Assembly: GCA_964573095.1 (NCBI GenBank)
Contig: CAZNIK010000001.1
Location: 56,507 to 120,506, forward strand
Length of the DNA stretch: 64,000 nt
Source: an uncultured Candidatus Saccharibacteria bacterium
Lineage (GTDB): Bacteria; Patescibacteriota; Saccharimonadia; Saccharimonadales; 2-12-FULL-41-12
Reading direction: 5' to 3'
Shown here one piece after another: positions 1 through 10,327 of the stretch (within the stretch, counting starts at the first letter, position 1; the number at the start of each line of letters is the position of its first letter). A program made the translations under genes and the position numbers. The notes beneath the pieces are model-generated. The model saw only the letters and a program-made list of their open reading frames with translations, made no database searches and was not told the DNA's origin.

Positions 1-55
1 TAGGTTTCTTTGCCTGCCAGCACAAGGCTAGGTGGGCTGGTATACTGATTGTTAG

Positions 56-1333
56 ATGAAAAAAATCAAAAACACAAAGCAGCTACCTTCAAATTTTTTG
101 TGGGGGGCATCAACATCAGGACACCAAGTTGAGGGGCGCCTTTTAGACCAGTGGTCGGCCTGGGAGAAAAAAACCGCAAACAACGCTGCAAGCAGTGCAT
201 CGCGAAGATTGGGTAAGCTTCCAAGCTGGACTTACGTGCGCAAATCGGCTGAAGATCCGAAAAACTATATATCTGGGGAAGGGGTAGGTCATGAAACTCG
301 GTATCAAGACGACTTTGATATTCTTCGTTCTCTCAATCTAAACGCCTACAGATTTAGCATTGAATGGTCAAGAATCGAACCTCGGGAAGGTCAGTGGGAC
401 GATTCTGCAATTACGCATTATAGAAAATACATTGCCGAGCTAAAAAAAAGAGGCATCGAGCCGTTTCCGAATTTGTGGCATTGGACCCATCCGCTTTGGT
501 TTGAAAAAAAAGGAGGCTTTGCTAAGAAGAAAAACATTAAGTACTTCGAGAGATTTGTGCGTAAAGTGAATCAAGAATTATTCGAAGACATCACCTATGT
601 GGTGACCATTAATGAAGCCAATAACTTTGCAACACTCGGATATATAACTGCCATTTGGCCTCCCGGCAAGAGAAATCCACTGCTCGGCGTCAAAGTAATG
701 CGCAATCTTGTGAGGGCGCATAAGCGATCTTATGCAGTGCTAAAAAAGGATCGACCACAGCTTCGGGTGGGTGTTGCTCATAACGTGACTGCCAATGTTC
801 CCCAAAACCCCCATAACGTTTTTCATGTCGCTATGTCGAAACTCAGTGATTATTTTTGGGACGTGTGGTTCTATTCAAGGATACAAAACTACCAGGATTA
901 TGTTGGGGCGAACTTCTACATGACGAACTATTGGCGGTTCCTCACATTTAAGAATCCGAGCGCTCCCGTGAATGACCTTGGTTGGTATATGGAGCCGGCC
1001 ACGGTGGGATATGTGGTGCGCCGATTATGGACTCAACACAAAAAACCGATAATAATTACCGAAAATGGGGTGGCTGATCAGCACGATCAGTATCGTAAAT
1101 GGTGGCTCGATCAAACGATTAACGCGCTTTTAGAAGCCCGCGATGATGGCGTGGAGATAATCGGTTATTTTCACTGGAGTCTCTTGGATAATTTTGAGTG
1201 GGCTGAAGGCTATTGGCCTCGATTTGGGCTTGTAGAGGTAAACAGGCAAGAAAATATGAAAAGAACCATCCGACCGAGCGCAAAATGGTTTGCCTCCCGG
1301 ATCAAGCAGGTCACTACGGATTCAGTCGACTAA
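56..1333 (+). CDS. Glycoside hydrolase family 1 (beta-glucosidase/6-phospho-beta-glucosidase-like)
   Basis: 425 aa; the GH1 acid/base motif TINEANN and nucleophile motif IITENG are visible in the translation; length is typical of GH1. Confidence 0.75.
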   Translation: MKKIKNTKQLPSNFLWGASTSGHQVEGRLLDQWSAWEKKTANNAASSASRRLGKLPSWTYVRKSAEDPKNYISGEGVGHETRYQDDFDILRSLNLNAYRFSIEWSRIEPREGQWDDSAITHYRKYIAELKKRGIEPFPNLWHWTHPLWFEKKGGFAKKKNIKYFERFVRKVNQELFEDITYVVTINEANNFATLGYITAIWPPGKRNPLLGVKVMRNLVRAHKRSYAVLKKDRPQLRVGVAHNVTANVPQNPHNVFHVAMSKLSDYFWDVWFYSRIQNYQDYVGANFYMTNYWRFLTFKNPSAPVNDLGWYMEPATVGYVVRRLWTQHKKPIIITENGVADQHDQYRKWWLDQTINALLEARDDGVEIIGYFHWSLLDNFEWAEGYWPRFGLVEVNRQENMKRTIRPSAKWFASRIKQVTTDSVD

Positions 1334-1446
1334 CTCTTTGGACTAGTGTTGTCGCCATCATCCAGTACACCATATGTTGTGTATTTTGTGAAACTGTGGA
1401 TAACCCAGTAGTTTTTAGGGGTATTTTGTAAAAAAAATGCTTGTGC

Positions 1447-1495
1447 GTGGGTAGTAATGGGTAGTATATTGCAGTCAGTGGGTAATCGTGGGTAG
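1447..1495 (+). promoter_or_regulatory. MraZ operator: direct repeats GTGGGTAG / TGGGTAG / GTGGGTAA / GTGGGTAG in helical phase
   Basis: TGGG cores lie at 1448, 1458, 1479 and 1489 (10-11 bp spacing, two pairs one extra turn apart). They sit 65-115 bp upstream of the mraZ start. An inverted copy TAGCTACCCA lies at about 1504. This matches the known MraZ-box architecture (TGGGN direct repeats with a 10-bp period). Confidence 0.6.
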
Positions 1496-1561
1496 GCAAA
1501 ATAGCTACCCAAGAAGACGATCAAAAATAAAAACCACTAGTAACAACAACTAATACACCAC

Positions 1562-1921
1562 ATGGCCACGGTAGACTATTTCGAAAGGAAACTCGACGAC
1601 AAACGGAGGTTAACAATACCCACCGAAGTTCGAGCCGAGTTTGCCAGCGGGGTAGTTGTGACCAGAGGTTTTCAGCAATATCTGCACCTCATCCCAAAAA
1701 ATGTCTGGGAAGAGGAAGTCGAACCGCAACTGAAAGGAAATATCCTTGACGAGCGGACCGCCGACTTGAACGTGCAGTTTCGTGCAGGGAAAACCGAGGG
1801 TGAGATAGACGACAAGCAAGGTCGAATTGTCATAGAACAGCATTTGTTGGACTATGCCGGGATCGAACGAGCGGTTGTCGCGGTGAGGGCTGGACGCTAT
1901 TGGCGTATCCAGGCTAGTTAG
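1562..1921 (+). CDS. mraZ: Transcriptional regulator MraZ
   Basis: 119 aa with two DXXXR motifs (LDDKRRLTIP and IDDKQGRIVI), a tandem-repeat architecture, and first position in the dcw cluster. Confidence 0.75.
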   Translation: MATVDYFERKLDDKRRLTIPTEVRAEFASGVVVTRGFQQYLHLIPKNVWEEEVEPQLKGNILDERTADLNVQFRAGKTEGEIDDKQGRIVIEQHLLDYAGIERAVVAVRAGRYWRIQAS

Positions 1922-2251
1922 TTGTAGTCGTACATTAAAAACTAAGTTCAATCAAGGTATATAGCTTTCAAGGTCAGCTATTCGGCAGTCAGTATGTGGC
2001 TCTAGGGCAAACCACGAGATAAAACCCTTGCACCTTTTTAGGTTAAACACCTCCCAAAACTCCACCTCACACATAAGTCTCTAAAAACTTAGAAAATAGT
2101 TACATTACCAGAGATTTTAGTCTTTAGAATAGAATCTCTATCTCGGTAAAGTAACAAACAAAAACAAAAACATTAGCCAAAAGCAAAAAACAAAAAACTG
2201 GCTGCTGAGTAGGTGACCTTGTAAAATAAAAACATCAAAAACAAGATACCA

Positions 2252-3130
2252 ATGAACAACCATACACATCTGCCAGTCTTGGCGAATGAAGTGCTGCAGT
2301 ATATTCGTCCCTCAGAAGGGGATGACTATCTCGACGTAACCGCTGGTTACGGTGGGCACGCAGGGCTTATATTAGAAAAGATTGGCAAAAGTGGCTCAAT
2401 GACGCTTGTTGACAGAGACGTAAGCGCCGTGGAACAGCTTGCAAAAAGCTTTGCCCGAGACAAGCGCGTCATGATATATCACAACGATTATCTAACCGCC
2501 AGCCGAGGGCTTGCACAAGATGGACCACAATTTGATTGTATTTTGGCTGACATTGGGGTATCGTCACCGCACCTTGACAACCCAGATCGTGGCTTTTCGT
2601 TTATGAACGATGGTCCGCTTGATATGCGCATGGACACTACGCAAGAGCTTACCGCAGACACTGTGGTGAATCAGTGTTCGGAGAAAAGGCTTGTTGGTAT
2701 TCTGCGCGAATATGGCGAAGTGCGAGGCGCAACACGACTCGCTCGGGCCATTATTGATCACAGACCGCTTCATACAACCAAAGCTTTGGCCACGATCATC
2801 CAAAACAATACCAGTCCGCCCGCTCGCATGAGAGTGTGTGCTCAAGTATTTCAAGCACTGCGCATCGTCGTAAATGATGAGCTCGGGCAGCTTGAGAGAA
2901 GTCTTCCTTTGTGGCTTCAGCTCCTTCGGCCGAAAGGTCGTCTGGGAGTTATTACCTTCCACAGCCTCGAAGACCGTATTGTGAAGCAGTTCTTTGCTGA
3001 ACACGCTGGCAATCGATTTGACGCAGAGCTTCTTTTGCTGACAAAAGGCGTTGTTACTGGTGAAAACACAGAAATTGTTCTCAATCCGCGTGCCCGAAGT
3101 GCAAAACTGAGGGTTGCGCAGCGAAAATAA
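2252..3130 (+). CDS. rsmH: 16S rRNA (cytosine1402-N4)-methyltransferase RsmH (MraW)
   Basis: 292 aa; N-terminal HxPVL(ANE) followed by the SAM-binding DVTAGYGGHA motif; canonical dcw position after mraZ. Confidence 0.9.
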   Translation: MNNHTHLPVLANEVLQYIRPSEGDDYLDVTAGYGGHAGLILEKIGKSGSMTLVDRDVSAVEQLAKSFARDKRVMIYHNDYLTASRGLAQDGPQFDCILADIGVSSPHLDNPDRGFSFMNDGPLDMRMDTTQELTADTVVNQCSEKRLVGILREYGEVRGATRLARAIIDHRPLHTTKALATIIQNNTSPPARMRVCAQVFQALRIVVNDELGQLERSLPLWLQLLRPKGRLGVITFHSLEDRIVKQFFAEHAGNRFDAELLLLTKGVVTGENTEIVLNPRARSAKLRVAQRK

Positions 3131-3279
3131 AAATAAAAGAAAGGGGGATGTTTGATGCCAATACAGGTAAAAAGCAGCTCCCGCACCTATAGGGTACACG
3201 TCCGAGTTCTTTAGAACAAAAAAGTTGTACTACATCAAACTATAGGTTCGAACGGTAACCCACAGGTCAATACTATACT

Positions 3280-3666
3280 TTGATCTGTGGGAACTACCGA
3301 GAAAGAAAAATAAAAACAAACATGACGTATTCAAGCTCAATGGCAATGAGTCGAAAGCGATTCGCCACAAGACATCAAAATGTCGTAAGCTTCAAAGAAC
3401 AGGCCCGAACACTTGGGCCGATCAGCAATGCGATAATATTGGTAGTAATGAGTTGTTTGCTGGGTCTTTTGTATCTTACCCAAGTCACGAAGACGAACGC
3501 GAACGGCTACACTATCGATAGCTTGCAAAAGCAACAAACTTCTTTACAAAAAGAACATGAAGAGCTAGAGCTTACCGCAGCAAGGCTGCAGTCTCTAGAC
3601 CGAGTGGCCACAAATTCAGCCTCTCAAAACCTTGTTTCTGTCTCGCCTAGCGCAACCTTGCAGTAA
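3280..3666 (+). CDS. ftsL: FtsL-like cell division protein (small bitopic, coiled-coil)
   Basis: A single TM segment (ILVVMSCLLGLLYL) followed by a heptad-like coiled coil (LQKQQTSLQKEHEELELTAARLQ). It sits between rsmH and ftsI. The true start may be the internal Met at about 3322. Confidence 0.45.
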   Translation: MICGNYRERKIKTNMTYSSSMAMSRKRFATRHQNVVSFKEQARTLGPISNAIILVVMSCLLGLLYLTQVTKTNANGYTIDSLQKQQTSLQKEHEELELTAARLQSLDRVATNSASQNLVSVSPSATLQ

Positions 3667-5422
3667 CGCTAAACGAAAGGATAGGATGCGCCCAAAAGCA
3701 ACTGATTCACGCAATTCAATCAGTATTGCAAGATTCCATCTTTGGTATGGGTTGCTTTTGCTTGTCTTTGTTATCTTTATTGTTCGCTTATTTTACTTGC
3801 AAGTTATCCAACATGACTATTATAAATTGGCAGCTCTAAAAGCGCAGTTTAAGCAGTATGAAATACCTGCTGACCGAGGTATTATTGTGGCTCGTGACGG
3901 AAATCAAGAGGTGCCAATTGTTTTGAATGAACCAGTGTTTACGGCGTTTGCTGATCCAAAATATGTGAAAGATCCCAAGGCAGCTTCCCAGGCCGTCGCA
4001 AACATTATTGGGGGCGAGCCCAGCAAGTACGAGTCAATTATGCGGGAAGATACGAGATACGCGGTACTTGCAAAGAAACTCTCAAAAGAAAAAAGTGACC
4101 AAATCACAAATCTTAAACTCAAAGGCATTGGTACTAGAGAAGGTTCTCAGAGAACATATCCCCAGGGAACTCTTGCCTCGCAAGTCCTTGGGTTTGTAAA
4201 TGACGAAGGTAAGGGTACATACGGAATCGAACAGTACTTAGATAGTCAGCTAGGTGGAAAGCCTGGAGAGCTAAAAGCTATCACTGACGCAAGGGGAATC
4301 CCACTCGTGAGTAATAGCAATAATGTTCTGCGAGAACCACAAACTGGAGAGCGCATTGCACTCACTCTCGATATCAGTATGCAGCGACGGATCGAGGACA
4401 TGCTAAAGGCACACTTAACTGAGGTCAAGGCTCCCTCCGGCAGCGTTGTTGTTATGGACCCAAATAACGGCGCCATAAAGGCTATGGCCAACTATCCCAC
4501 CTACAATCCTGCTGAGTTTTCAAAAATTACTGATCCAAAGGTTTTCACCAATCCGAATGTGAGTGAACCGTTAGAAGTCGGATCTATTATGAAAACTCTC
4601 ACGGTCGGAGCGGGGTTAAATGAGGGGGTGGTGAACACAAACACAACATATTCTGATCCTGGGTTTTGGAAAATTGGTGATGCAACTGTCAAAAATGTTG
4701 AAGAAGACGGTGGAGCAGCGACACGAAGCGTTGCTGACATTTTGCGCTATTCTCTCAATACCGGCGCAACCTATATTCTTATGCAGCTTGGCGGGGGACA
4801 AATTAATGAGCAAGGTCGAACAAAGTGGCACGATTATATGACAAATCACTATCGTCTTGGACAAAAAACCGGCATAGAACAAGGCTACGAAGCTGATGGA
4901 TATATTCCAAGCCCAACCGAAGGTTTTGGATTAAATATTACCTACGCGAATACGGCATTTGGCCAGGCGATGACCGCCACACCAATTCAAATGGCGAGCG
5001 CTTTCTCGGCCACTATCAATGGCGGTATTTATTATCAACCCCACCTCGTTGAGCCCAAGAAGTCATCCGACGTGAAAGTATTGAATAGTGCAGTCATTAA
5101 ACCAGAAGTTTCTGAGCAGCTAAGAGTAATGCACGAAAATAGTGTTCAAAAAAATTATACATTTCTCGTCAAAAAGGGTTATCGAATTGGCGGCAAAACC
5201 GGTACGGCTCAAATAACGAAGCCTGGAGGAGGGTATTACGACGATCGATTTAATGGAACCTTTGTTGGGTATGTTGGCGGTGATAAGCCGCAGTATGTAA
5301 TCATGGTCAAAATAAACGAGCCAAAGGTACCGGGTTATGCGGGGAGGGCCGCCGCCGCACCCCTATTTCTAAAGACGACAAATATGCTGATCGACAATTA
5401 CTCTGTGAGAGGGGTCAACTGA
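3632..5422 (+). CDS. ftsI: Peptidoglycan D,D-transpeptidase FtsI (class B PBP)
   Basis: 596 aa; N-terminal TM; the three transpeptidase motifs are present (SIMK = SXXK, SLN = SXN, KTGT). The start may instead be the Met at about 3686. Confidence 0.85.
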   Translation: MFLSRLAQPCSNAKRKDRMRPKATDSRNSISIARFHLWYGLLLLVFVIFIVRLFYLQVIQHDYYKLAALKAQFKQYEIPADRGIIVARDGNQEVPIVLNEPVFTAFADPKYVKDPKAASQAVANIIGGEPSKYESIMREDTRYAVLAKKLSKEKSDQITNLKLKGIGTREGSQRTYPQGTLASQVLGFVNDEGKGTYGIEQYLDSQLGGKPGELKAITDARGIPLVSNSNNVLREPQTGERIALTLDISMQRRIEDMLKAHLTEVKAPSGSVVVMDPNNGAIKAMANYPTYNPAEFSKITDPKVFTNPNVSEPLEVGSIMKTLTVGAGLNEGVVNTNTTYSDPGFWKIGDATVKNVEEDGGAATRSVADILRYSLNTGATYILMQLGGGQINEQGRTKWHDYMTNHYRLGQKTGIEQGYEADGYIPSPTEGFGLNITYANTAFGQAMTATPIQMASAFSATINGGIYYQPHLVEPKKSSDVKVLNSAVIKPEVSEQLRVMHENSVQKNYTFLVKKGYRIGGKTGTAQITKPGGGYYDDRFNGTFVGYVGGDKPQYVIMVKINEPKVPGYAGRAAAAPLFLKTTNMLIDNYSVRGVN

Positions 5423-5441
5423 GGTATAATAGGGGCACGAT

Positions 5442-6497
5442 ATGATCGCAGTAATACAAACATTTGTTCTCAATATTGAAATAACGCAGTTGATCGAGAT
5501 ATTGTTATTGGCGTTTCTTGGCTTTGCCTTCAGCATTCTTATTACACCTTTGTATACCACCTTAGCCTACAAGGGGGAGTGGTGGAAGAAGGCAAGGAGT
5601 ACCGCTGTCACGGGAGAGAAAGCCAAGGTGTTTAATAAGCTCCACGCCGAAAAGCATAGATCGTTGATTCCAACCATGGCTGGTATCGTCTTTTTGGTGT
5701 CAGTTACACTGGTAACGATTGCATTTAATCTTGTTCGTGAAGAAACTTGGCTGCCGTTGGCGGCATTTGTAGGTGCAGGTTTTATTGGTTTAGTCGACGA
5801 TATCATTAACATCCGAGGTAGCGGTAAAGGTGTTGCCGGACTACCCTCAAAACTAAAACTCTTACTGATAACGATTGTGGCGCTCATTGGCGGCTGGTTC
5901 TTTTATGCAAAACTCGACGTAACTTCAGTAAATGTGCCGGTGTATGGTGATCTTAGCATTGGCTGGTTGGTTGTTCCTCTTTTTGTCTTGGTCGTTATTT
6001 CAACCGCAAACGCCGTGAATATCACCGATGGCTTGGATGGTCTGGCGGGTGGACTTACGGCAATCGCATTTGGAAACTATGCAATAATTGCATTTCTCCA
6101 AGAACGGTACGGGGTGGCTGGGTTTTGTATGACAGTCGTCGGGGCGTTATTGGCCTATACATGGTTCAACATTTTCCCGGCAAGATTCTTTATGGGTGAC
6201 GTCGGATCGTTTGCTCTCGGAACGGCTTTGGGGGTGGTTGCGATGATTACAGACACGGTTTTGTTGTTGCCAATTATCGGTGCCGTCTTTGTTGCCGAAG
6301 CGGGGTCGACGTTACTACAGATTCTGTCAAAAAAACTCCGTGGTGGCAAAAAAATATTCAAAATTGCCCCACTTCATCATCATTTTGAGGCAGTCGGTTG
6401 GCCAGAAGCCAAAGTCACAATGCGCTTTTGGGTGCTCGGCCAAGTATGTGGTGTTATTGGCTTGATGGTGTTCTTAATCGGTAGTTACCATGTTTAG
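5442..6497 (+). CDS. mraY: Phospho-N-acetylmuramoyl-pentapeptide transferase MraY
   Basis: 351 aa polytopic membrane protein with the signature NAVNITDGLDGLAGG and a PLHHHFE-type C-terminus. Confidence 0.9.
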   Translation: MIAVIQTFVLNIEITQLIEILLLAFLGFAFSILITPLYTTLAYKGEWWKKARSTAVTGEKAKVFNKLHAEKHRSLIPTMAGIVFLVSVTLVTIAFNLVREETWLPLAAFVGAGFIGLVDDIINIRGSGKGVAGLPSKLKLLLITIVALIGGWFFYAKLDVTSVNVPVYGDLSIGWLVVPLFVLVVISTANAVNITDGLDGLAGGLTAIAFGNYAIIAFLQERYGVAGFCMTVVGALLAYTWFNIFPARFFMGDVGSFALGTALGVVAMITDTVLLLPIIGAVFVAEAGSTLLQILSKKLRGGKKIFKIAPLHHHFEAVGWPEAKVTMRFWVLGQVCGVIGLMVFLIGSYHV

Positions 6498-7776
6498 GAT
6501 TGGACAGGCACAAAGTCGCACGGCAATTGAAAGAGTACCTTCCTCAAGTGCGAGGTCGTCTGGTTCATTGTCGCGGCGCCATCGACCAGATTATGCACTA
6601 TTAATTATCGCGCTATTGCTAAGTGCGATTGGCCTTATCGTGGTGTACTCAATTAGTCCCGGCCTTGCGATTACGCGAAATGTCGACAGTAATTATTTCG
6701 TAATAAAGCAGTCGGTTGCAATACTACTTGGTCTCGTGGCATTTGCAGTTTTCTGCAATTTACCAACAGTTCTGCTTAAGCATATGAGGAAAGCGCTCAT
6801 AGTTGCAAGCGCCGTTGGCGTGGTTGTTATTCAGTTCTTTGGCGACGAGGTAAATGGCGCCGCAAGATGGGTTCAGATAGGTGGATTGTCGTTTCAAGTG
6901 GCCGAGCTCATCAAGCTCACTCTTGTTATCTGGGCCGCATGCTTTCTGGCAAATCGCATAAAAAATGACGAGATGAATAGTGCCGACAAAACGCTCAAGC
7001 CGCTGCTGATCGTGTTGTTGCTAATTGCAGTCTTGGTTGCGGGGCTCGAAAGTGATCTGGGCTCGGCCGGTGTCATGATCGCAATTTTGGGTGCAATGGC
7101 CTTTACCGCCGGTTTGCCCCTAAAGAAGATTGCGCTCATAGTCGGGGTGATCTCGATCGGTACTATTTTGGCGGTATCAAGCAGCGGCTACCGACGAGAT
7201 CGAGTGGCAACATTTCTCAATCCCTCAAGAGACTGTCAAGCCAGCGGCTATCAAGCCTGTCAAGCATTAATCGCTGTCGGCAGCGGGGGAGTGTTGGGAC
7301 TAGGACTCGGTAAAAGCGTTCAAGCCTATGGCTATCTACCAGAGGCCGCAAATGATTCAATATTCGCAGTTCTGGCAGAGAAGTTCGGATTTGTTGGGGT
7401 AAGCGGCGTGCTTGGACTATACCTCTTACTTTTTTCCCGAATGAGACGAATTATCGAGAGAACCGCTGACACATTCTCCAGACTTCTCGTTATTGGTATC
7501 CTGGCATGGCTGAGCACGCAAGCCATAATTAACATTGGGGCGATGATCGGACTTTTACCACTAAAAGGGATCACTCTGCCATTTATTAGCTATGGGGGAA
7601 CAAGTTTATTGTTTGTGATGGCCGCCGTAGGCATTGTTTTCCAAATATCACGATATACAAGTTTTGAGCCTATTAGAACTACAAAGCCGGTAAAAAAGGA
7701 GACGGATCATGACGATAGTCTTGGTCGGAGGCGGGTCGGGAGGCCATATTACGCCACTACTAGCAATCGCTCGTGA
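6490..7776 (+). CDS. ftsW: SEDS-family peptidoglycan glycosyltransferase FtsW
   Basis: 428 aa, about 10 TM segments, FtsW/RodA-like conserved stretches (GAxxWxxxGxxSFQxxE), positioned between mraY and murG. Confidence 0.85.
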   Translation: MFRIGQAQSRTAIERVPSSSARSSGSLSRRHRPDYALLIIALLLSAIGLIVVYSISPGLAITRNVDSNYFVIKQSVAILLGLVAFAVFCNLPTVLLKHMRKALIVASAVGVVVIQFFGDEVNGAARWVQIGGLSFQVAELIKLTLVIWAACFLANRIKNDEMNSADKTLKPLLIVLLLIAVLVAGLESDLGSAGVMIAILGAMAFTAGLPLKKIALIVGVISIGTILAVSSSGYRRDRVATFLNPSRDCQASGYQACQALIAVGSGGVLGLGLGKSVQAYGYLPEAANDSIFAVLAEKFGFVGVSGVLGLYLLLFSRMRRIIERTADTFSRLLVIGILAWLSTQAIINIGAMIGLLPLKGITLPFISYGGTSLLFVMAAVGIVFQISRYTSFEPIRTTKPVKKETDHDDSLGRRRVGRPYYATTSNRS

Positions 7777-8872
7777 ACTTCGGAGGAGTCACAAGGAAAT
7801 TCGGCTTGTGTACGTCGGTGAAAGGGGTGGGCAGTTTGGTGATATTGCTCGATCGAGCGGCCTTTTTGATGAGTGTCATGTTGTTTTTGCCGGTAAATTG
7901 CGAAGATATTATGGCGAGTCTCTGCTTCGACGAATTTTTGACATCAAGACAATACTACTGAATGTGAGAGATGTAGGGTATCTACTGATTGGGAGCATCC
8001 AGTCAGTACTGCTGCTACATCGCCTTCAAGCCCAGGCGGTATTCTTAAAAGGTGGTTTTGTGTGTGTGCCGGTGGCTCTTGGTTGCAGATTTCATCGCGT
8101 GCCGTGTGTCACACACGATTCCGACGCAGTTCCAGGCTTATCTAATCGGCTTGCCGCCAGATACGCTCAGGTTCATGCCGTTGCAATGCCTGCACAATAC
8201 TACGACTATCCGGCCCAAACGATCCGTGTAGTCGGTGTGCCGATAAACCCACAATTTTCAACCCATAAAACGGCCACCCAAAGTCTAAAAAAAGCCTACA
8301 AGGTACGTGGCAACCATCCGATCCTACTCCTCACAGGTGGGAGCCAAGGTTCAAGAAGGCTTAATTCGGCGCTGATCGCGGCCTTGCCAGCGCTCGTCAA
8401 AAAGCACCCAAAAATACATATCTTTCATCACGTAGGCATGGGCAACGAAACCCAATATGATAAAGTCGAGCAGCGCCTAAAGAAGCATGTTACGTGTTTT
8501 GATTTTTCTGATGCCTTGTATGAAATGAGTGCGCTTTCAGACATTGTAATTACAAGAGCCGGCGCCACAACCCTCGCAGAATTTTCGTCGCAGGCAAAAG
8601 CCTGCATTATTATTCCGCATCCCGAACTTGCAGGCGATCATCAAACTAAGAATGCAGCTGTATATGAGGATTCCGCTGCTGCGCTTGTACTAAATGAACG
8701 TGATGTTCTTCGCGATGAGTCGATCTTGCCGACGGCAATAGATGGTCTTCTTAGAGATGCATCGTTACGGAAGCAATTTGGTGAGAACGCTCAAAAGCTT
8801 ACGCCGACAATGCCCGCAGCGCGTTCGTTGGCAAAAATTTTGACAGATATTGTGGGAGAGACACCCAGGTGA
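7709..8872 (+). CDS. murG: UDP-GlcNAc:lipid I N-acetylglucosaminyltransferase MurG
   Basis: 387 aa; N-terminal GGGSGGHITP glycine-rich loop; GT28 family fold; its start overlaps the ftsW tail. Confidence 0.85.
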   Translation: MTIVLVGGGSGGHITPLLAIARELRRSHKEIRLVYVGERGGQFGDIARSSGLFDECHVVFAGKLRRYYGESLLRRIFDIKTILLNVRDVGYLLIGSIQSVLLLHRLQAQAVFLKGGFVCVPVALGCRFHRVPCVTHDSDAVPGLSNRLAARYAQVHAVAMPAQYYDYPAQTIRVVGVPINPQFSTHKTATQSLKKAYKVRGNHPILLLTGGSQGSRRLNSALIAALPALVKKHPKIHIFHHVGMGNETQYDKVEQRLKKHVTCFDFSDALYEMSALSDIVITRAGATTLAEFSSQAKACIIIPHPELAGDHQTKNAAVYEDSAAALVLNERDVLRDESILPTAIDGLLRDASLRKQFGENAQKLTPTMPAARSLAKILTDIVGETPR

Positions 8873-9774
8873 AACGGTTGTTTAAAAGGAAAAAGCTGGC
8901 ACGAAGGCAAACCGGTGATTCATCTTATACACGCGGTTCAGCCTATCATTATAGTGCCCGCCGAGCCGATGTGGAGCGAAGTCTCGACAGAGGTGCCGAT
9001 AGCTTTGAGCAACCCGACCCCCAGGCGAGAGGAAAAGTTGGCACGCTGGGTATCCTTTTTGCTGGGGTAGTCATTTTCGTATGTGCGATCTATATGCTAG
9101 GGTTATCAACCGATCCAAAAATAGTAGTTCATGGGAAGCGCGACCTACTACGAAACGAGCAGGAGTACTCAAAACAAGCCAAAGCCATACTCGAAAAGTC
9201 ATTGTCTAACAGATCAAAACTTACCTTAAATACGCAGAAGATAGAAACAGAGTTAACTACGCGATTTGCGGAGCTCTCCTCGGTTGACGTCAAGACGTCA
9301 CTGATACGGCACAAACCAATAATTAACCTCACACTTTCTCAGCCGTCGGCGATTTTGAGCACTAGAAGTTCAAAATTCTTGCTCGACGAAAACGGCAGAG
9401 CATTATTTGATATCATCAAAGATGCTCCAAATTTTGATACTAGCACACTGCCGCTTATAGAGGATAAAACGGAAATACCGGTGAGACTGGGGAAGCCTGC
9501 ACTTACGAGTGCCCAAGTGAACTTTATTCATGATATTGCGCTTCAATCGGAGGCAAGGCAGCTAAAAGTAAGTTCGATGGATTTGGTTGGCGGAGGAGGG
9601 GAGTTGGATGTTCGCTACGAAGGATTACCTTACTTTGTAAAGTTTAATTTTTTCGAAGATGCCAGGAAGAGCAGTGGAACGTTCTTTGCAGCCAAGGAAC
9701 GGCTTGAGCTAGAGAACAAACCACCAACCGAATATATAGACGTTCGGATCCCAGAACGTGCCTACGTAAAGTAG
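8869..9774 (+). CDS. ftsQ: Cell division protein FtsQ/DivIB-like (POTRA domain)
   Basis: Basic cytoplasmic N-terminus, a single TM (GILFAGVVIFVCAIYML), then an extracytoplasmic POTRA-like domain. Its start overlaps the murG stop (ATGA). Confidence 0.55.
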   Translation: MKRLFKRKKLARRQTGDSSYTRGSAYHYSARRADVERSLDRGADSFEQPDPQARGKVGTLGILFAGVVIFVCAIYMLGLSTDPKIVVHGKRDLLRNEQEYSKQAKAILEKSLSNRSKLTLNTQKIETELTTRFAELSSVDVKTSLIRHKPIINLTLSQPSAILSTRSSKFLLDENGRALFDIIKDAPNFDTSTLPLIEDKTEIPVRLGKPALTSAQVNFIHDIALQSEARQLKVSSMDLVGGGGELDVRYEGLPYFVKFNFFEDARKSSGTFFAAKERLELENKPPTEYIDVRIPERAYVK

Positions 9775-10030
9775 TTCCACTTCCGCTGCCCCACTATGTT
9801 CGCAAATTGTTCGCTATACATAAACGAACTAATAATTTAAAAACTATTCAATAACTTTATAATTAGAAATTGTCAAATATTATTATAAAAAGCGGGGAAA
9901 CAGGGGATTTGTGCCAAAAAATATATAAGACGTAAAATATAGCAAAAAAGCAAGTCATGCTGTGGATAAGTCTAGTGGTATGATTATTTTTCAGACACTA
10001 GACAAGAAAGAAGCATAAAAGGACCTCAGC

Positions 10031-10327
10031 ATGCAGGATGTAAGCAAAAGACAGTTAGCGATGTACGAGCCAATGGGCGACACTAGAACAGCAAACGGCA
10101 ATAACGGAACGCCAAAAAGTAGAATCCCCCGCTCCAGGGAGGTACTAGAAGACATCTACAGACCATTATATATAAGTCGCAAAATATACATTGTGCGACG
10201 TTATGTCTATAATTCAATGTGGGTTCACCCACTGTCTTTTGCAACTTTGTTTTTTGGTTTGTTTTATGGCTTTGCTTTGATTATGCATCTTCTACTTTAC
10301 CCTGCCGCCAGCTACCTAAATATATAG
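10031..10327 (+). CDS. Hypothetical small membrane protein
   Basis: 98-aa ORF with a C-terminal hydrophobic helix, sitting in an AT-rich intergenic region. No homology was recognised; it may be spurious. Confidence 0.2.
   Translation: MQDVSKRQLAMYEPMGDTRTANGNNGTPKSRIPRSREVLEDIYRPLYISRKIYIVRRYVYNSMWVHPLSFATLFFGLFYGFALIMHLLLYPAASYLNI

Noticed and set aside
2252-3199. Long antisense ORFs (211 aa and 89 aa) opposite rsmH
   Set aside because: rsmH has unambiguous motifs, so the antisense ORFs are chance open frames.
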